A stretch of 64,000 nucleotides of DNA from an uncultured Bacilli bacterium (lineage in GTDB: Bacteria > Bacillota_I > Bacilli_A > RF39 > UBA660). The stretch's first letter is position 1. Every line of letters starts with the position of its first letter. The notes under the pieces were generated by a model. That model was not told where the DNA came from, did not search any database, and was given only the letters and a program-made list of their open reading frames with translations. The position numbers and the translations under genes are program-made. The DNA lies in the NCBI GenBank assembly GCA_947589105.1, contig CANQBL010000001.1:131973-195972 (forward strand), written 5' to 3'. Below are positions 62,413 through 64,000 of this stretch, piece by piece.

Positions 62413-63573
62413 ATGAGACAAAATTTTTTGACAGAATATTTTTATAAAAAAGAATATAAGTATATGTATTTAAGTATATTTTTATATAACTTTGCAAATG
62501 CATTAAGTGAAACTTTTGGAACGGTAATGTTATATAAAGCTGGATTACCTATACATATAATATTGTTAATATATGGTATTAGATTTTTGATTATGGGTTT
62601 AATAACTCCTTTATTTATTACTATATCTAATAAAGTTGGTGTTGCAAAATGTGTGCTAGTTTCAAATATATTTAATATCATTTATGCATACTTTTTATTA
62701 ATTAACAAAAATTTAACATCAAATATAATCATATTTGTAATAGCTATGGGCTTAAATGGGTTATCTAACCCATCTTCAGATTCATTATCTAGTAAATATG
62801 TAGACACTAATCATAGAGGAAAGTTTAATAGTTTATATAGTATTAGTAAAATATTAGGTACAGTATTAGCAAGCTGTTTGGTTGCTTGGGGAGTTATAAA
62901 TAATAATACATTTATATTATTTATTATACTTTCAATTTTCTTTTTTCTTCAATATTTAGCAATATTAAAAATAGACTACAAACCTAAGAAAAAAACAAGT
63001 ATATTTAAAGCTAGTATAAAATATTTAATTAATAGTAAGAGTAAATATAAAATTATATATGCTTTAAGAACTAACCATATAATAGAAAGACAGTTTGTTC
63101 CATTATATTTATATTTAATACTAAAGGATTTTAAAGCTTTTTCTTTAGTTACTATAGTATCACTTTTATTTCAAACTATAACTATTATTTTAATAGGAAA
63201 ATATACAGATAAAAATATTAAAAAATCAAATGATTTAGTTACTATTATTAAAGGAAGTATTACATTAGTATATTTATTTATAAAAAATAAATTTATTATT
63301 TCAATAAATAAAACTGTTAGTGATAATGTATCAAAAGTATATGAAACATCAATACAAACTTCAATTCAAAATATTATTAAAGAATCAAAAGAAGATAATG
63401 ATTTATTATCTTCTGTAGGACAAATGAGTTTGTGCTTTACTGAAGTTATTATATTTTTAATATTATCAATATTAACAAAATTCATAGGGCAGAAAGTATT
63501 CTATGTAATATTTATATTATCTATAATTTCAACGGTTCTTATAAATATTAACATTAAAAAGGAGTTTATTTGA
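62413..63573 (+). CDS. Polytopic membrane protein, MFS-transporter-like (about 12 TM)
   Basis: 386 aa, highly hydrophobic. The loop after TM2-3 contains D...RGKF, which resembles MFS motif A. Island cargo. Confidence 0.45.
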   Translation: MRQNFLTEYFYKKEYKYMYLSIFLYNFANALSETFGTVMLYKAGLPIHIILLIYGIRFLIMGLITPLFITISNKVGVAKCVLVSNIFNIIYAYFLLINKNLTSNIIIFVIAMGLNGLSNPSSDSLSSKYVDTNHRGKFNSLYSISKILGTVLASCLVAWGVINNNTFILFIILSIFFFLQYLAILKIDYKPKKKTSIFKASIKYLINSKSKYKIIYALRTNHIIERQFVPLYLYLILKDFKAFSLVTIVSLLFQTITIILIGKYTDKNIKKSNDLVTIIKGSITLVYLFIKNKFIISINKTVSDNVSKVYETSIQTSIQNIIKESKEDNDLLSSVGQMSLCFTEVIIFLILSILTKFIGQKVFYVIFILSIISTVLININIKKEFI

Positions 63574-64000
63574 TAAAATATAGTACTCTATTTATAGAAT
63601 TGAATTGTTTAATTATTTGTTTATTGTTAACTTTTACATTACTTTAACTATCGCTTCTTTACTGTCTTAAAAGAGATTACTGTTAAATCTATAATCTTTA
63701 TTACATCAATTGGTTTCATTTTAGAAATCTTAATAATTGGTAATAAGCTTGATATAATTGTTACAATAAATTCTATTAAATAAATCAATATAATTTTCTT
63801 ATTCTTAGTATGAAAGGAGTTAAAATTATATTTATTTCCGACACAAAAAAGCGTTAAGAAGTATGCAAAATATAAATGTTACTTGAAATTACATGCGTTG
63901 ATAAAGTACTTTTTTTATGATATATTAAGCAAGTAATATGCTTTGTATAAAAAATATCTGATTTTAAAAAATTAGCTACTATTTATAAAATTTAAATTAG

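Overview
This 64 kb window is chromosomal core from a very AT-rich (about 28% GC), spore-forming Firmicute. Its gene order is a compacted version of the Bacillus subtilis origin-proximal region. In order it reads tatD, a 3D-domain protein, ksgA, yabG, veg, an inserted pair of giant surface proteins, spoVG, yabP, yabQ, divIC, mrnC, rlmB, sigH, secE, nusG, rplK, rplA, rplJ, rplL, ybxB, rpoB and rpoC. A rearranged block then follows: tilS, ftsH, a convergent class A PBP, ywiB, argS, rpoE, prfA, prmC, spoIIR, mntP, fba, murA and rpmE. The window continues with rpsL, rpsG, fusA, tuf, convergent HAD and FemAB genes, eno, secG, rnr, a capA-like gene, smpB and ssrA (tmRNA, 55233..55595). Directly 3' of the tmRNA an accessory element begins and runs past the window end. 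It carries a large serine recombinase, a MobM/Mob_Pre relaxase with an upstream oriT-like double hairpin, and uncharacterised membrane and soluble cargo proteins. No rRNA, tRNA or CRISPR array was seen. Two observations deserve the most follow-up. The first is the ssrA-linked integrative mobilizable element and its unknown cargo. The second is the two-gene giant adhesin locus inserted between veg and spoVG. That locus has Ig-like/DUF5011, CnaB and DUF11 domains, and a possible internal thioester protein whose C-terminal anchor lacks LPXTG. All calls rest on reading the six-frame translations, motifs and synteny; no database search was run.
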